From NCBI GenBank assembly GCA_040285855.1, contig JAUFOQ010000001.1, forward strand, positions 1,364,001 through 1,428,000: DNA of 64,000 bases. Reading direction: 5' to 3'. Under the pieces are notes generated by a model. That model was not told the DNA's origin, made no database searches, and was given only the letters and a program-made list of their open reading frames with translations. The position numbers were made by a program, and so were the translations under genes. This document shows positions 13,921-25,799 of the stretch, one piece after another. This DNA is from Eukaryota sp. GEM-RC1. Its lineage: Eukaryota. The first letter of the stretch is position 1. Every line of letters starts with the position of its first letter.

Positions 13921-15319
13921 GTGTTGAAATTCTAAGTGAATGAAATTACTTCCCCCACAGGATAGAACCACAGAATTAAACATAAAAAACAAAAGAAATC
14001 ATAAACACAGAGACTCCGAACCAAGTACATGCTAAGAGTAACATCCGAATAATCCTGATTTGTAAGAAGCTATGGACAAAAAGCTCAAAATGAGAGAGTT
14101 GGTGAATAAACCGGCAGTGTGGAATAAGTAGAAAGCGAACATGAATTCTCCAATTAATGAAAGAGTGAACATATGAAGAAAACACCTTACACTCGGACGC
14201 ACTTATAAATGGAAATATCCGGAAAAGAACTAGGTGGTACAATTACATTAGAGAGTTTGTAGGGCGACGATGAACAAAAGAAGAGCTAGAGATGAAACGG
14301 AAATGACGAAGACAAAACAAGGCTAAGTTAAGTTACTAGTCTTCTTAAGGATATAGTTCAAAATTCAAGGAGATTCCTCACGAATCTTGTTGACAGGATT
14401 TCTATAATGAATCAGCAACACATCATGTTTCAAGCCACTTTGTCCATGTTCCTTTAATTCTATTATACCTAGATCCCGTCTTCATCTCTTCCACGTGTTA
14501 ACACGTCACTCAAACAATGTCCTCTTTAACACCTGCAGTATCTTGAGGATATGAGACTACATTCTTCCCTGCATGAGTTGGTCAGTGAATCACGTGCATT
14601 TCTTCGTGATTTCGAATCCCATATCGTATCATTCTCCGAGACAAAAAAAAGTAGACTGATCTGATGACGTATACTCTTCTAAGTTTTACACTCTCTTCCG
14701 TTGTCATTACGTCTTCTCTGACAAAAAGGGTACACCTCCAAGTTACCCCTAGTTGAACCTTTTTCTTCTCTCGGAACCTACACTCTATTATACATGTACT
14801 TTGCACCACTTTCTTTGACTGTCTTGATATTGCTTTTAGAAGAAAGCTTCTCCCCTCCCAAATATTCTTTCCACAAACACCATCTTAGACCAACTCAAAC
14901 AATACACCGCATATAGAAGTTTCTTCGTCTAAACTCTCTTTTCCATGGTCCTCAAAACCCATCCACTTTCCTTCTAGTAAATGGACATGTAAGAATCGTT
15001 GTTTGTGAACTATCTAAGAACTTTCACCAATTCACTGCATTGAACTCCTATAACGAGAAGGAGAAATAGTCAGAGTATCATCATCAGAAATAGAAATAAC
15101 TGTAAACCAATGTTAATGCAAATGTTGTTAAAGTAATGAAATCATACTAGAAATGCTTAAGTAACATATACATAGCATACCTCCATTAGTTTCATTGTTC
15201 ACCCAATGCTGAATTTACCCACTAAAAATATACTGTATTAATAGATAACCTGCTTCAATTGTCAATTTTGTGGTCAAACTAGTGTTGTATATTTTACATT
15301 CCAACATTATAAAGATTTC

Positions 15320-15600
15320 AAACACGAATTTGTTTCTCTTGTGAAGGAACTAAAAACTTTAAAGTCAGCTGAGGATGTGAAGGAACTAATTGTACTTTGA
15401 TCAGTGAATACTAGCTAAGTCTTTAGTTCAGCACTTACTTTATAAATTCAAATCAGTGATCAAACAGTGACGCAAGCAGTGACATTTCCAACAATTTCAA
15501 CTCAAACTATAGTTTTAGCTCGACCCCAAAAAAAAGCAGCTTATGATAGCGGATTAAATGAAGCACATTCGTGGATGCTTACTGTCAAAGTTTAGATCAA
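15320..15600. repeat. Diverged duplicate of ~23315-23580 (shared downstream flank of SPRY copies B and D)
   Basis: CGAATTTGTTT.TCTTGTGAAGGAACT.AAAACTTTAAAGTCAGCTGA...GTGAAGGAACT.ATTGTACTTTGAT is present at both sites. Confidence 0.8.
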
Positions 15601-15935
15601 CTTTGTGCTTGGCAATGGAGTAGCGTATGATAAAAGACTATCAGTAATAACCACTGCTTTCAATGAGGAGAAAACTTAGTGAACTAGAAGTTACTCGACT
15701 TCATTAATCTCACTATGATCATCCTCTTTTCTTTCTACTTACTCAATGACCACCATTAATGATTGTTGAATGTGAAACTTTAACGAGACAAATACCAAAA
15801 TAGTTTTCATAAATCTATAAACTACAACATTCACTAGTTGATGTCTTCTACTCGAGTTAACATCAAAATTCATAAATCAATTTGAATCACTGCTATAAAA
15901 GAGGAGACTTACAAACAAAGACTACAATATCAACT

Positions 15936-16726
15936 TTATTCTACGATTTCAAGTTCATGATCACTATGACGTAACGTGGCAAATGGATAATAATTACCAC
16001 TACTTAACCTGGGAAGAGTTCCAGTGAGATTAATTGAAGAATTACTAACGGATTTGATTGTTAAAGTATTGTTAACTAGATTTACATTGATTTCGAGTAA
16101 TTCACCACGGTTCCACTGAGTAGTTGTTCCTGAGAGACAACCACGAACCGTACCATTAACATTGAATATACCGTGAGCATCCTGACGACAATTACCATCA
16201 ACACTAAACTTTGACACGTCAATGACTCCAACAAAAAGACTATAAGTAGTCCCCTGGTACCTCAACTTCCAAGTATACTCATTACCTGGAAGAAGTGGAT
16301 CTTCTCCCAAGATATTTCTCCACGTATCACCACCACTTCCAAAAACAACTCTCTTTCTATCCCCACTAACTTGTAACTTAGAATGTTTCTGAGTTTGAGA
16401 GAATTTAATCACTTTTGATTGAGGAACTGATTGAGATATCACTTGAGTTTCTGTAGCTGTCTTTTTTAATTGTTCTATTTCTTGTTTTAAAGTAGTAATT
16501 TCGTTAGACTTTGTAGTGGTTAAATTCTGAATATCAGTTGTTAAAGCAGAATTTTGCATTGATAAGTCAGAATTTGTTGTCTTCAAATGATGGATTTCTG
16601 TTTTTGAATCACGAAATTCTTTGGATAAACCCGACATGTCTGTTTTCAAGACTTGAATTTCCGTGGTTAAATCAGAATTGTTACTTTCCACTTCAGTAAT
16701 TTTGGTGGTTAATTCTGATACTTCTG
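15936..16726 (-). pseudogene. Headless coiled-coil-SPRY cassette, copy B (no BTB, no family start codon)
   Basis: Open frame 15936-16691 aligns to the C-terminal half of copy D. Similarity stops abruptly near 16726, where unrelated sequence begins. Confidence 0.85.
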
Positions 16727-17877
16727 CTAAGCAAATAGGTGATGCAATTGAACATGGTAAAGGTGGTGATTACTTGGGAGTAGTGACAGTTCAAATTAAC
16801 ACAGATAACGCCCGTTGTTGTCTTCAAACAAATGATTTTGTTGACTTTGATCTTGATTGTTACTCTGTTCCGCTATTAATCAGTTTTAATTCTGATCCAC
16901 ATGAATCATTTGAATTTAGTGGTGAACACCAACTGGAAGATCCAATTTTGTACACTCTGAAAAGACAACTTTTCAGTAAAATACTTTTGATGTTGACGCT
17001 GTGCGTCGTTCACGTAGAGTTGCTCAACACACGTACCAGTTTGAGAATGAGAGAGTTGTTTGGGTTAATGAATCTGATGAGAGGAGTGAGGATTTACAAT
17101 AGTATCGGTATTTTGTAGTATTGTTCAATAAATTCTTTTGATAACGTATTCTTCTGCTTTGGATTCCTACCTAGTGATCACTTTCATTTATGCAACTATC
17201 ATAGGGTTGGTTCAGATCACACAATGATTTCTCAATGAATACGGACGAATTTCATTGGTCAAAAAGGTTGGTGACCAAAATGAACAGCATGAATTTGTGA
17301 TAAACATATCTACTCAACAGATGCCATCAACATTTTTTAAATTTCATATATAGTGTCACAGGAAAAGGTTGAGTTTGTTAGACTTTAATAGAAATACAAA
17401 AAGTACCAATACGATTACAGTTTTCAACAAAAAAATTACATTACGCTTGCTGTTTCGTTCAATACACAGATATTTTAATTCAATTTTAGGTAAGTTGTTC
17501 GGTGAAGGACAGAAGGATCATGGTTTAAAATTTAAACCATGAAACATTAGATACTTTAGTTAGTGTCTGTTAGTTATGATTTTTGCAAAATCATTAATTT
17601 CAATGACTGGTCATAAAGCCCATTTGTTATACATTGTGTAAAATGCGAAGAAATTCAAACAACTACTGTATATTGTATTTTAATTTACCATTTGTAACAG
17701 TTGTCACCGATCTTCTTCATAAGATCGTGTTCAGTTCTTGTGATACATGTACATGTTTCTTTCAATCTATGATTATTCAGTCGAAACAGTGATCGAATTA
17801 GCTTCAGAATTCATGAAAGAATTTGAATCACTGCTTTAAAATAAGGAGACTTACCCAAAAAGACAATGTTATCAACT

Positions 17878-19179
17878 TTATTCAACGATTTCAAGCACAT
17901 GATTACGTTCATCTAATCTAGCAAACAAATAATAATTACCGCTACTTAATCTGGGAAGAGTTCCAGTAAGATTAATTGATGAATTACTCACTGATTTGAT
18001 ATTTAAAGTGTTATTTACTAGATTTGCATTGATTTCGAGTAATTCACCTGGTTTCCAGTTGTTACTGTATCCTGGGAGACAACCAAACATGGTACCACCA
18101 ACGTGTAGACCGTGTAAGTTCGAATTACAATTACGACCAACACTATACTTTGACTCATCAATGACTCCAACATCAAGACAATTCTCTTCCCCCTGGTACC
18201 TCAACTTCCAAGTATACACATTACCTGGAAGAAGTGGATCTTCTCCCAAGATATTTCTCCAATTTCCAACACCTCCAACAACAACTCTCTTCCCATCCCC
18301 ACTAACTTGTAACTGAGAATGTTTCTTAGTTTGAGAGAATTTAATCATTTTTGATTGAGACAATAGATGAGTTTCTGCAGTACTCTTTTTAATTCTTCAA
18401 TTTCACTTTTTAATTTTTCAATATCTGATACTAAATTAGAATTTTCCTTAACCAAAGAGACACCACAATGATCTTGCACTTTTGTAAACAAAAATTTCGA
18501 TAAATCGTATTCCAATTCTTTTACATCTTTTAAAGGAACAAACAGACACTCATTCCATTGTTGTAAAGACATAACTTGGATTGGACAAGAATTTAAAATA
18601 TTTAAAAAATGATTCACACCTAAAGACTGATTCAAAATTGATTCCACTATTGATTTAACAAACCACGACTGTGATTGAGAAGAAGTGCAATACTTGACAA
18701 GCATTTTAAATCCTTCAGTAGTGATTGCCATCACGTCATCAATCAACAGGTCATCAATCTTAGAAAAGAAAGGACCAACGAATTCCAGAGCTCTCAAGTC
18801 ATTTCTTTCATCTGCTTCTTTAATGAATGGTTTTAACCAAGCCCAGGTTACGAGATGAGTGTTGAGGTGGTTTTCAACGTGATGAATAAGTTTGTCCACT
18901 TGGAAGTAGTGGACGAGGTAGAAGAATTCGTAAGCGTTGTCCTCGTTGAGGGTGAAAGACCGTTCATAGAAGGACTTGATGAAGAGAAGGAAGTTGTCAG
19001 AACTGACGGGAAGATGTGAGAAGTCAATGGGGTTCTCAAGCTTGTCGCCAAACTCCAAGAACCAGAGGGAACTTATTGACTTCAATAGATGCTTCTCCAA
19101 ATGTAATAGATTGGTTAGAGAGGAAGGGTTCATCGAGAATGATGGAAAGAGTTTCGATTGAGGGTAGAGAGAATGACAT
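17878..19179 (-). pseudogene. BTB-coiled-coil-SPRY copy C (disrupted, short coiled coil)
   Basis: ATG 19179 MSFSLP; ~30-bp deletion removing the VLAAHSTYF part of the BTB near 19070; frameshift in an A run near 18388; SPRY frame 17878-18363 open. Confidence 0.85.
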
Positions 19180-19256
19180 TAGAAGCAATAGATAGGAGAT
19201 AAGTAAATGAGACCAAAACGGGAGAGCAATGTTCTTGTGGTTTTTGTCAAAACTAC

Positions 19257-19820
19257 ATGTCTAATCCTGAACCTCTACTGAAGCGTAGTCGTTCCTTTAA
19301 TGATAATGTAACACTTACTAGCAGTTAAGTGTTCAATGTTTCATCCTCTTCTAGCATCTCCTCCCCGCAACCTAACTCTGACACAATGTCTGATTCGTTC
19401 TCATTGCTTACGTCTTCCTCCAAGTACTTACGTTTTCAGTAGTCTATATTGTTCTTGATCAATCTTCACTTGCTTGAATTTCAAGTCCTCTCTCAACGTC
19501 AATCATGGAGATCTTAGTATTGCTCTCCGTCATTTAAAGCAAGAATATCACTCATTCTTTAAAAAAGTTGTCTATGTGAGCCACATCTTCTTTGAATTTA
19601 CTAATCAATCAATCAATTTGTTTCTTCAATCAAACAGGTTTCATTTGGTTTTTAAAAACCTTACGCATTTGAATTGCTTTGCTTGTCTCTGGAGATCAGA
19701 GGCAGTGTCTGTTCTTTACACGTGATTGGGAAATTAAGAGTTGAACAATGTATTTGTTTATGTTGATAAGATTTGATGTTTGCAATTGAAGTTGAGTAAT
19801 CACAATAATTTAAATGTTTT
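19257..19820 (+). pseudogene. 5' fragment of LRR-family gene, head-to-head with copy C
   Basis: Paralogous to 2702-3270; ORF 19474-19725 LKQEYHSFFKKVVYVSHIFFE matches the LRR gene N-terminus. Confidence 0.75.
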
Positions 19821-20132
19821 GAACAAGTCCTTTATTTTATATTGATTTCTTTTTGACGTTATACACGTGTTGAGTTGTCTTTTTTATGTTAGTTTTGATA
19901 TCAAATCAGAATAATGAAAGAAAGTTTTATTATTCAATTGGAAAAGTGGTACTTTCGATGGTAATTTTGATGTAAATCGGAATGTTGGTACGAGATTCAA
20001 TCCACTTCAGTAAAAGAGAATTCTAAGAAACTAGTCTCGTAACATCTAGGAATTTTTTCTTAAAGATCTTGCTTAAATGCAAGGGAAAAAGATGTATAAC
20101 AACAACAAAGTCTAGTCTACACACCTACAACA
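19732..20132. repeat. ~400-bp direct repeat, copy 1
   Basis: Near-identical to 21720-22120 by direct reading. Confidence 0.9.
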
Positions 20133-20399
20133 AAGACTTGAAAACATTCGTCACAATTGATATCATATATTAATAAGCAAATATTGAAACGAGTATCTGT
20201 CATATTCAACAGAAACAACTTTCTTCAATGAAATTTGTTTAAGTAGCTTTTGATCATTATTAATGTCGAGTCATCACATTTTCTTATCAGTAGGTTACTT
20301 GATAACACTGCCGATAAGTTTCCGCCTCCTCTAGGAAAAGAGGGATTGATTTCGATGGCCTGAAGGGTCAGGGCTTACATAGGAATTAGAACTTTCATC

Positions 20400-21700
20400 T
20401 GAGCTTGACTCAGAAAAACTGCGATGAGTGGAGTCTTCACTAGAAGAACTCGCGTTAGAAACATTGTTTGGTTTTCTTTTTCAGAGTCTTTCATCAGAGT
20501 CTTCAATGATAACATACTCCTCTACTCCTTCAACAACTTCTTCTTCAACAATGTTACCTTCTAAAACAACTTGCTCGTTAACTTGAAGGTTGAGATACTT
20601 GTCCAAGTTCTTCATAATCTCACTCCATCCGTTTTCACTCAAGGTGAGACTTCCTCTGCAATTCAGACCAGCTTCAGAAATCTATCTTTTAACAAGTGGT
20701 TTAATAACTAATGATCTGCCATCCAACCTTGGATCAACTCCTTCTTGTTCTAGCTACTCCAAAAACATGTCCGAACACCACTCACCAAATTTTCTTCTCC
20801 AAAAAGTCTGACAGCTACTGTTAAAGGAGACGTCCAAGATACAGAGCAAGTACTTGGTTGCAGCTGGAATGAAAAACAAGTCAAAATCAAGTCTTTCAGC
20901 AACTTCAAGGACAACAGTACATTTGTGGGACCAGTGATTATTCCAAAGTAGAACAGCTCTAATGTCATCCTCAGAAAACTGCGGATTAGCTGCTGTCGTT
21001 TTGCTGTAATGTAAGGATTAATAGTGTACCTCAAAAAATCTCTCACAGTGTTGTTGTTTTGAAACTTGTGGAGTTTTTGTTCTTGTTGGAGCTTGGTCCG
21101 GCAAATACATTAAGGAAACCATCGGGTTAATTGGCTTTTGGAATGGATCTTTCAGTTAATCCTGTCCAGATGATTTGGGCTGGCAGCAATTCACCACTTT
21201 TGGTTACTGATAGAGTAGTCGTACAACCTCGTTTATCATTTTCTGATTGAATATAAACCCTCCTCGTACCACGTTCAGTATAAGTTGTTCCATCAACAGG
21301 ACATCAAGGCGCTAGTGTTTCATTTGCGATTATAACTAAATCAGGGTGATAACAATCAAATTGATCGACCACTATTTGGAATTCTTGGGCTCTTAAGTTG
21401 TATTGTTGATCAGTTAATTTTCTGTCACCAGTTGCTTGTCTGGTCTTCCACTTTAGTGAGTTTCGAACAATACCTTCAGTCCAATCTAAAGACAACTCAA
21501 TGTTTCCTCCGTTTTCGAACAACAAATGACCATAATTTAAATTCTTGATAGCGGTGTTTTCGATGGCGACTACGGGAAGAGGAGAAATCTTACTACCGGC
21601 CTCTCTAGTAGCTCGAATCAAAAACAGTATCTTCTCGTGTACATTCTTTGGCAGCAACGTCTGTCAACCTTTCTGAGGTTTTTACAAGAACTTTGCATTG
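20400..21700 (-). mobile_element. pogo/Tc1-mariner DDE_1 transposase pseudogene
   Basis: HPDLVIIANET followed by TYTERGTRRVYIQSENDKRGCTTTLSVTKSGELLPAQIIWTG is typical of DDE_1 transposases; stops and frameshifts present. Confidence 0.75.
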
Positions 21701-21719
21701 CATTCTTCTCTTAGGTGAG

Positions 21720-22120
21720 AATTTAGAGTTGAACAATGTATTTGTTTATTTTGATAAGATTTGATGTTTGCAATTGAAGTTGAGTAATCACAATGATTTA
21801 AATGTTTTGAACAAGTTCTTTATTATATATTGATTTCTTTTTGACGTCATACACGTGTTGAGTTATGTTTTTTATGTTAGTTTTGATATCAAATCAGAAT
21901 AATGAACGAAAGTTTTATTCTTCAATTGGAAAAGTGGTAATTTCGATGGTAATTTCGATGTAAATCGGAATGTTGGTACGAGATTCAATCCACTTCAGTA
22001 AAAGAGAATTCTAAGAAACTAGTCTCGTAACATCTAGGAATTTTTTCTTAAAGATCTTGCTTAAATGCAAGGGAAGAAGATTTATAACAACAACAAAGTC
22101 TATTCTACACACCTACAACA
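21720..22120. repeat. ~400-bp direct repeat, copy 2
   Basis: Near-identical to 19732-20132. Confidence 0.9.
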
Positions 22121-22216
22121 CTACTTTTCCTCATTTGAGAGAGGAAAGAGGATTTCTAAAATAAGTTGTTTGTACATTATCATTAGTCTGAACAAGATTA
22201 AGTTCATGTTTGGTTT

Positions 22217-22706
22217 TTAAAGGACAATTGGCGGCGATATGTCATGGTTGCTGACATTTTTAATATGAGTACGGTTAGATGGGTTCGCAATTAGCACGTA
22301 GAAGAGTTGCGATAGTTTCTTGATAGATTTCTTTGAAGTAACTCCGGAAACTTCTATTGGCTGACATGCAGGAGTAAGAATCGTTTTGGTGACAAACATT
22401 TTGACTGACCACACACACCAACCTTCAGCAGTTTTTGTAACTCTAATGTAGAAGGGACATTCGGTTTTGCGGGTCTTACCACCTTGTTGATTGCATCTTG
22501 GTTTTCCGCCCTTCTCACATTGGAAACAGATAAGTGTAATCAGAGGAGGAATGTTCCACATTCAGAGCGTAGCCGGCAGCGACACAGCGCTCATATAAGA
22601 AAGTCTTGAGGTCGTCTACAGTGTCCGCACGAATATTTGAGGAGTCCATCAAATAACTGGTAGTTGTTGAATTTTTCTTTTGATTTGTTTTCCTGATTTG
22701 GTACAT
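22217..22706 (-). mobile_element. MULE N-terminal (FAR1/WRKY-GCM1-like) domain remnant
   Basis: LKTFLYERCVAAGYAL...CEKGGKPR...TRKTECPFYIRVTKTAEGWCV fits the FAR1-type DNA-binding domain; frameshifted. Confidence 0.6.
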
Positions 22707-24227
22707 TTATAACACTGCGTCACAATCCCTTTTAGTTCAAGCATCTACAGACAGGGTACAAAAATAATCTATTCGTGTGTGCAACAATAATACACAACAA
22801 TACACTCAAATAAGCCGATTGATTACTGTTTGGTCAATACTAACAGTTTTTTAATGTATAGTATTATCCAAAATTAATAATATCAATTATGGAAGTAGAC
22901 TTACTTGTATATGTGTATTACATCAACGATGATATCACAGGAATCATTAAAATGATAATTTAGGTCATCTGGACGAGGATTAATAATTAGATCAAGACAG
23001 AACTTGCATGATAACGTATCCACTTTCACATGAAATCCATGCTTTTTAAACGTTTTAGATGCAAATATAACGTCTTTGACATCGTTATGGATCACAGAAA
23101 AAATATGAATAAATGGCAGGCAATTCACTACATGTAAAAACGTGCGGAGATTGATACATACACAATCAGAATTGGCGACCAATGCAGTAGAACAGAAACT
23201 TAAGCGTAAGCGCATGTTTATTTTCCATGCTTTGGAGACAAATGCAAACCAAAAGTACTTAAATGGTCAAACTAGCGCTGTGCAGTTTACAAATGAACAC
23301 AGTGTAAATTTTAAAAACGAATTTGTTTATCTTGTGAAGGAACTCAAAACTTTAAAGTCAGCTGAAAATGTGAAGGAACTCATTGTACTTTGATAGGTGA
23401 TTCACAGCTGACTGTCTAGTACAGTACTTCCTTTGTAAATACTGAACAAAGAGTGGCAAATCCTATTCAACACCTTCAACTTAAACGCCAATATAGGCTC
23501 GACACTCAACAAGTTGCTTTTGACAGTGTAGTGGATTAATTGAAACACATTTGTCGAATTGTTTTTCCAAGGTTTAGACCAATTATTAAGTAGGAAAATA
23601 AGTAGTGTATGATATGTAATAGCTTTGAATTAAACAGTGGAATTGAATTGTAATCCACAACCCTTGCTAAATGTACAGAACGTATATTAATATGTTGAGT
23701 AAAGAATAGATAAGAAATTCATTTAATGGGGTGATAACAGTTGTCAATTGCATTATATCTGTACATACATGATTTTGTTTTGAATTCTTGATTGATGATC
23801 AGACTATGTGATAAATTGGTATAACTGAGACAAACTTTTGCAACAACTATTAATCTTTGGCAGTGACACGCCAAACACAGAAATTACAACTACAGTTATT
23901 CGGACAAAGAAACATCACATAAAACAAGAATAACCAAAAGATAAAACAAATCTATTTTTAAATGAAATCTTTTTATAGATAAAGGGGACAGAAATAATAT
24001 CAAAATGAAATCTATAAAACACCAGACACAGAAAATTCCTGGTCAACAGTACCATAAGATATTATACTTCACATTTACAATTTGTAATTGGTATCAGCAA
24101 TATTCTAATGAAATTCACTTTTCAATGAAACCATGAAAGCCTTCCAATAGTTGTCATTAATTCATAAATTAATTCGAATCACTGCTTTAAATGAGGAGAC
24201 TTACTCACAATGACAATGATATCAACT

Positions 24228-25799
24228 TTATTCAACGATTTCAAGTACATGATTACTATACCATAATGACGCAAATGGATAATAATTACCACTACTTAAT
24301 CTGGGAAGAGTACCAGTAAGATTAATTGAAGAATTACTCACGGATTTGATTGTTAAAGTATTGTTAACTAGATTTACATTGATTTCGAGTAATTCACCAC
24401 GGTTCCACTGAGTAGTTGTTCCTGAGAGACAACCACGAACCGTACCATTAACATTGAATATACCGTGAGCATCCTGACGACAATTACCATCAACACTAAA
24501 CTTTGACACGTCAATGACTCCAACAAAAAGACTATAAGTAGTCCCCTGGTACCTCAACTTCCAAGTATAAACATTACCTGGAAGAAGTGGATCTTCTCCC
24601 AAGATATTTGCACTTCCATTAAAACTACCTCTACAAACAACTCTCTTTCTATCATCACTAACTTGAAAAATGGAATGTTTCCTAGATTGCGAAAATCTAA
24701 TCATTTTTGATTGAGTTACTAGTTGAGTTTCTGAAACCGTCGTTTTTAATTGTTTAATTTCTTGCTGTAATTTAGTAATTTCATAAAGAGAGTTAGAATT
24801 TGTTGAAGTTAAATGCTGATTTTCAGTTGTCAAACCAGAAATTTTCATGGATAAGTCTGAAGTTGTTGTTTTCAAATGAGAGATTTCTTCTTTTGATTCA
24901 TGAACTTCTTTGGATAAACAAGAATTTTCTGTCTTCAAGACTTGAATTTCCGTTGTTAAATCAGTAGTAAGTAGATTTAACTCAGAATTGTTTGTTTTCA
25001 GATCAGAATTTTCTTGCTTCAAATCAGAAACTTCCTTCACCAACGAATCAAAATAAAGATTCTTAACTCTTGTAAACAAAAACTTCAACAAATCGGCTTC
25101 CAATTCTTCAACATCTTTTAAAGGAACAAACAGAAACTCATCCCATTGTTGAAAAGAAAAGGCTTCAATTGAACAAGAATTTAGGGTATTTAAAAACTCA
25201 TTCAAATCGAAACTTTGATTCAATATTGATTCCACCATTGATTTGGTGAACCACGATTGCGATTGAGTGGAAGTGCAGTATTTTACAAGCGTTTTTAACC
25301 CTTCAGTAGTGATTTCCATCACGTCATCAATCAACAGGTCATCAATCTTAGAAAAGAAAGGACCAACGAATTCGAGAGCTCTCAAGTCATTTCTTTCATC
25401 TGCTGCTTTAATGAATGGTTTTAACCAAGCCCAGGTTACGAGATGAGTGTTTAGGTGGTTTTCCACGTGGTGAATGAGTTTGTCCACTTGGAAGTAGTGG
25501 ACGATGTAAAAGAATTCGTAAGCATTGCTCTCGTTGAGGGTGAATGATTTGCCAAAGAAGGACTTGATGAAGAGCAAGAAGTTGTCGGAACTAACAGGAA
25601 GATGTGAGAAGTCAATGGGGTTCTCGAGTTTATCCCCAAACTCTAAGAACCAGAGGGATCGGAAGTAAGTTGAGTGCGCAGCAAGGACAGACTTGTTTAC
25701 TTCGATGGATTCCCCGCCGAATGAAATGGTTTGGTTACACAGAGAGGGTTCATCGAGAATGATGGAAAGAGTTTCTGCTGGGGGAAGGGAGAATGACAT
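24228..25799 (-). CDS. BTB/POZ-coiled-coil-SPRY(B30.2) protein, copy D, intact (~523 aa); putative Cullin3 substrate adaptor
   Basis: Uninterrupted ORF from the family start MSFSLP (ATG 25799): BTB, helical region, heptad-rich linker, SPRY ending YYPFASLWYSNHVLEIVE. Confidence 0.9.
   Translation of the reverse strand: MSFSLPPAETLSIILDEPSLCNQTISFGGESIEVNKSVLAAHSTYFRSLWFLEFGDKLENPIDFSHLPVSSDNFLLFIKSFFGKSFTLNESNAYEFFYIVHYFQVDKLIHHVENHLNTHLVTWAWLKPFIKAADERNDLRALEFVGPFFSKIDDLLIDDVMEITTEGLKTLVKYCTSTQSQSWFTKSMVESILNQSFDLNEFLNTLNSCSIEAFSFQQWDEFLFVPLKDVEELEADLLKFLFTRVKNLYFDSLVKEVSDLKQENSDLKTNNSELNLLTTDLTTEIQVLKTENSCLSKEVHESKEEISHLKTTTSDLSMKISGLTTENQHLTSTNSNSLYEITKLQQEIKQLKTTVSETQLVTQSKMIRFSQSRKHSIFQVSDDRKRVVCRGSFNGSANILGEDPLLPGNVYTWKLRYQGTTYSLFVGVIDVSKFSVDGNCRQDAHGIFNVNGTVRGCLSGTTTQWNRGELLEINVNLVNNTLTIKSVSNSSINLTGTLPRLSSGNYYPFASLWYSNHVLEIVE

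Noticed and set aside
19732..22120. LTR retrotransposon defined by the 400-bp direct repeats
   Set aside because: No TG start, TSD or purine tract; the interior is a DNA transposase and the repeat overlaps an LRR gene fragment.
15936..24569. Diversity-generating retroelement (template/variable repeat pair) explaining SPRY variation
   Set aside because: The shared tract is identical rather than adenine-mutated, loop differences involve all bases and indels, and no DGR reverse transcriptase is visible.
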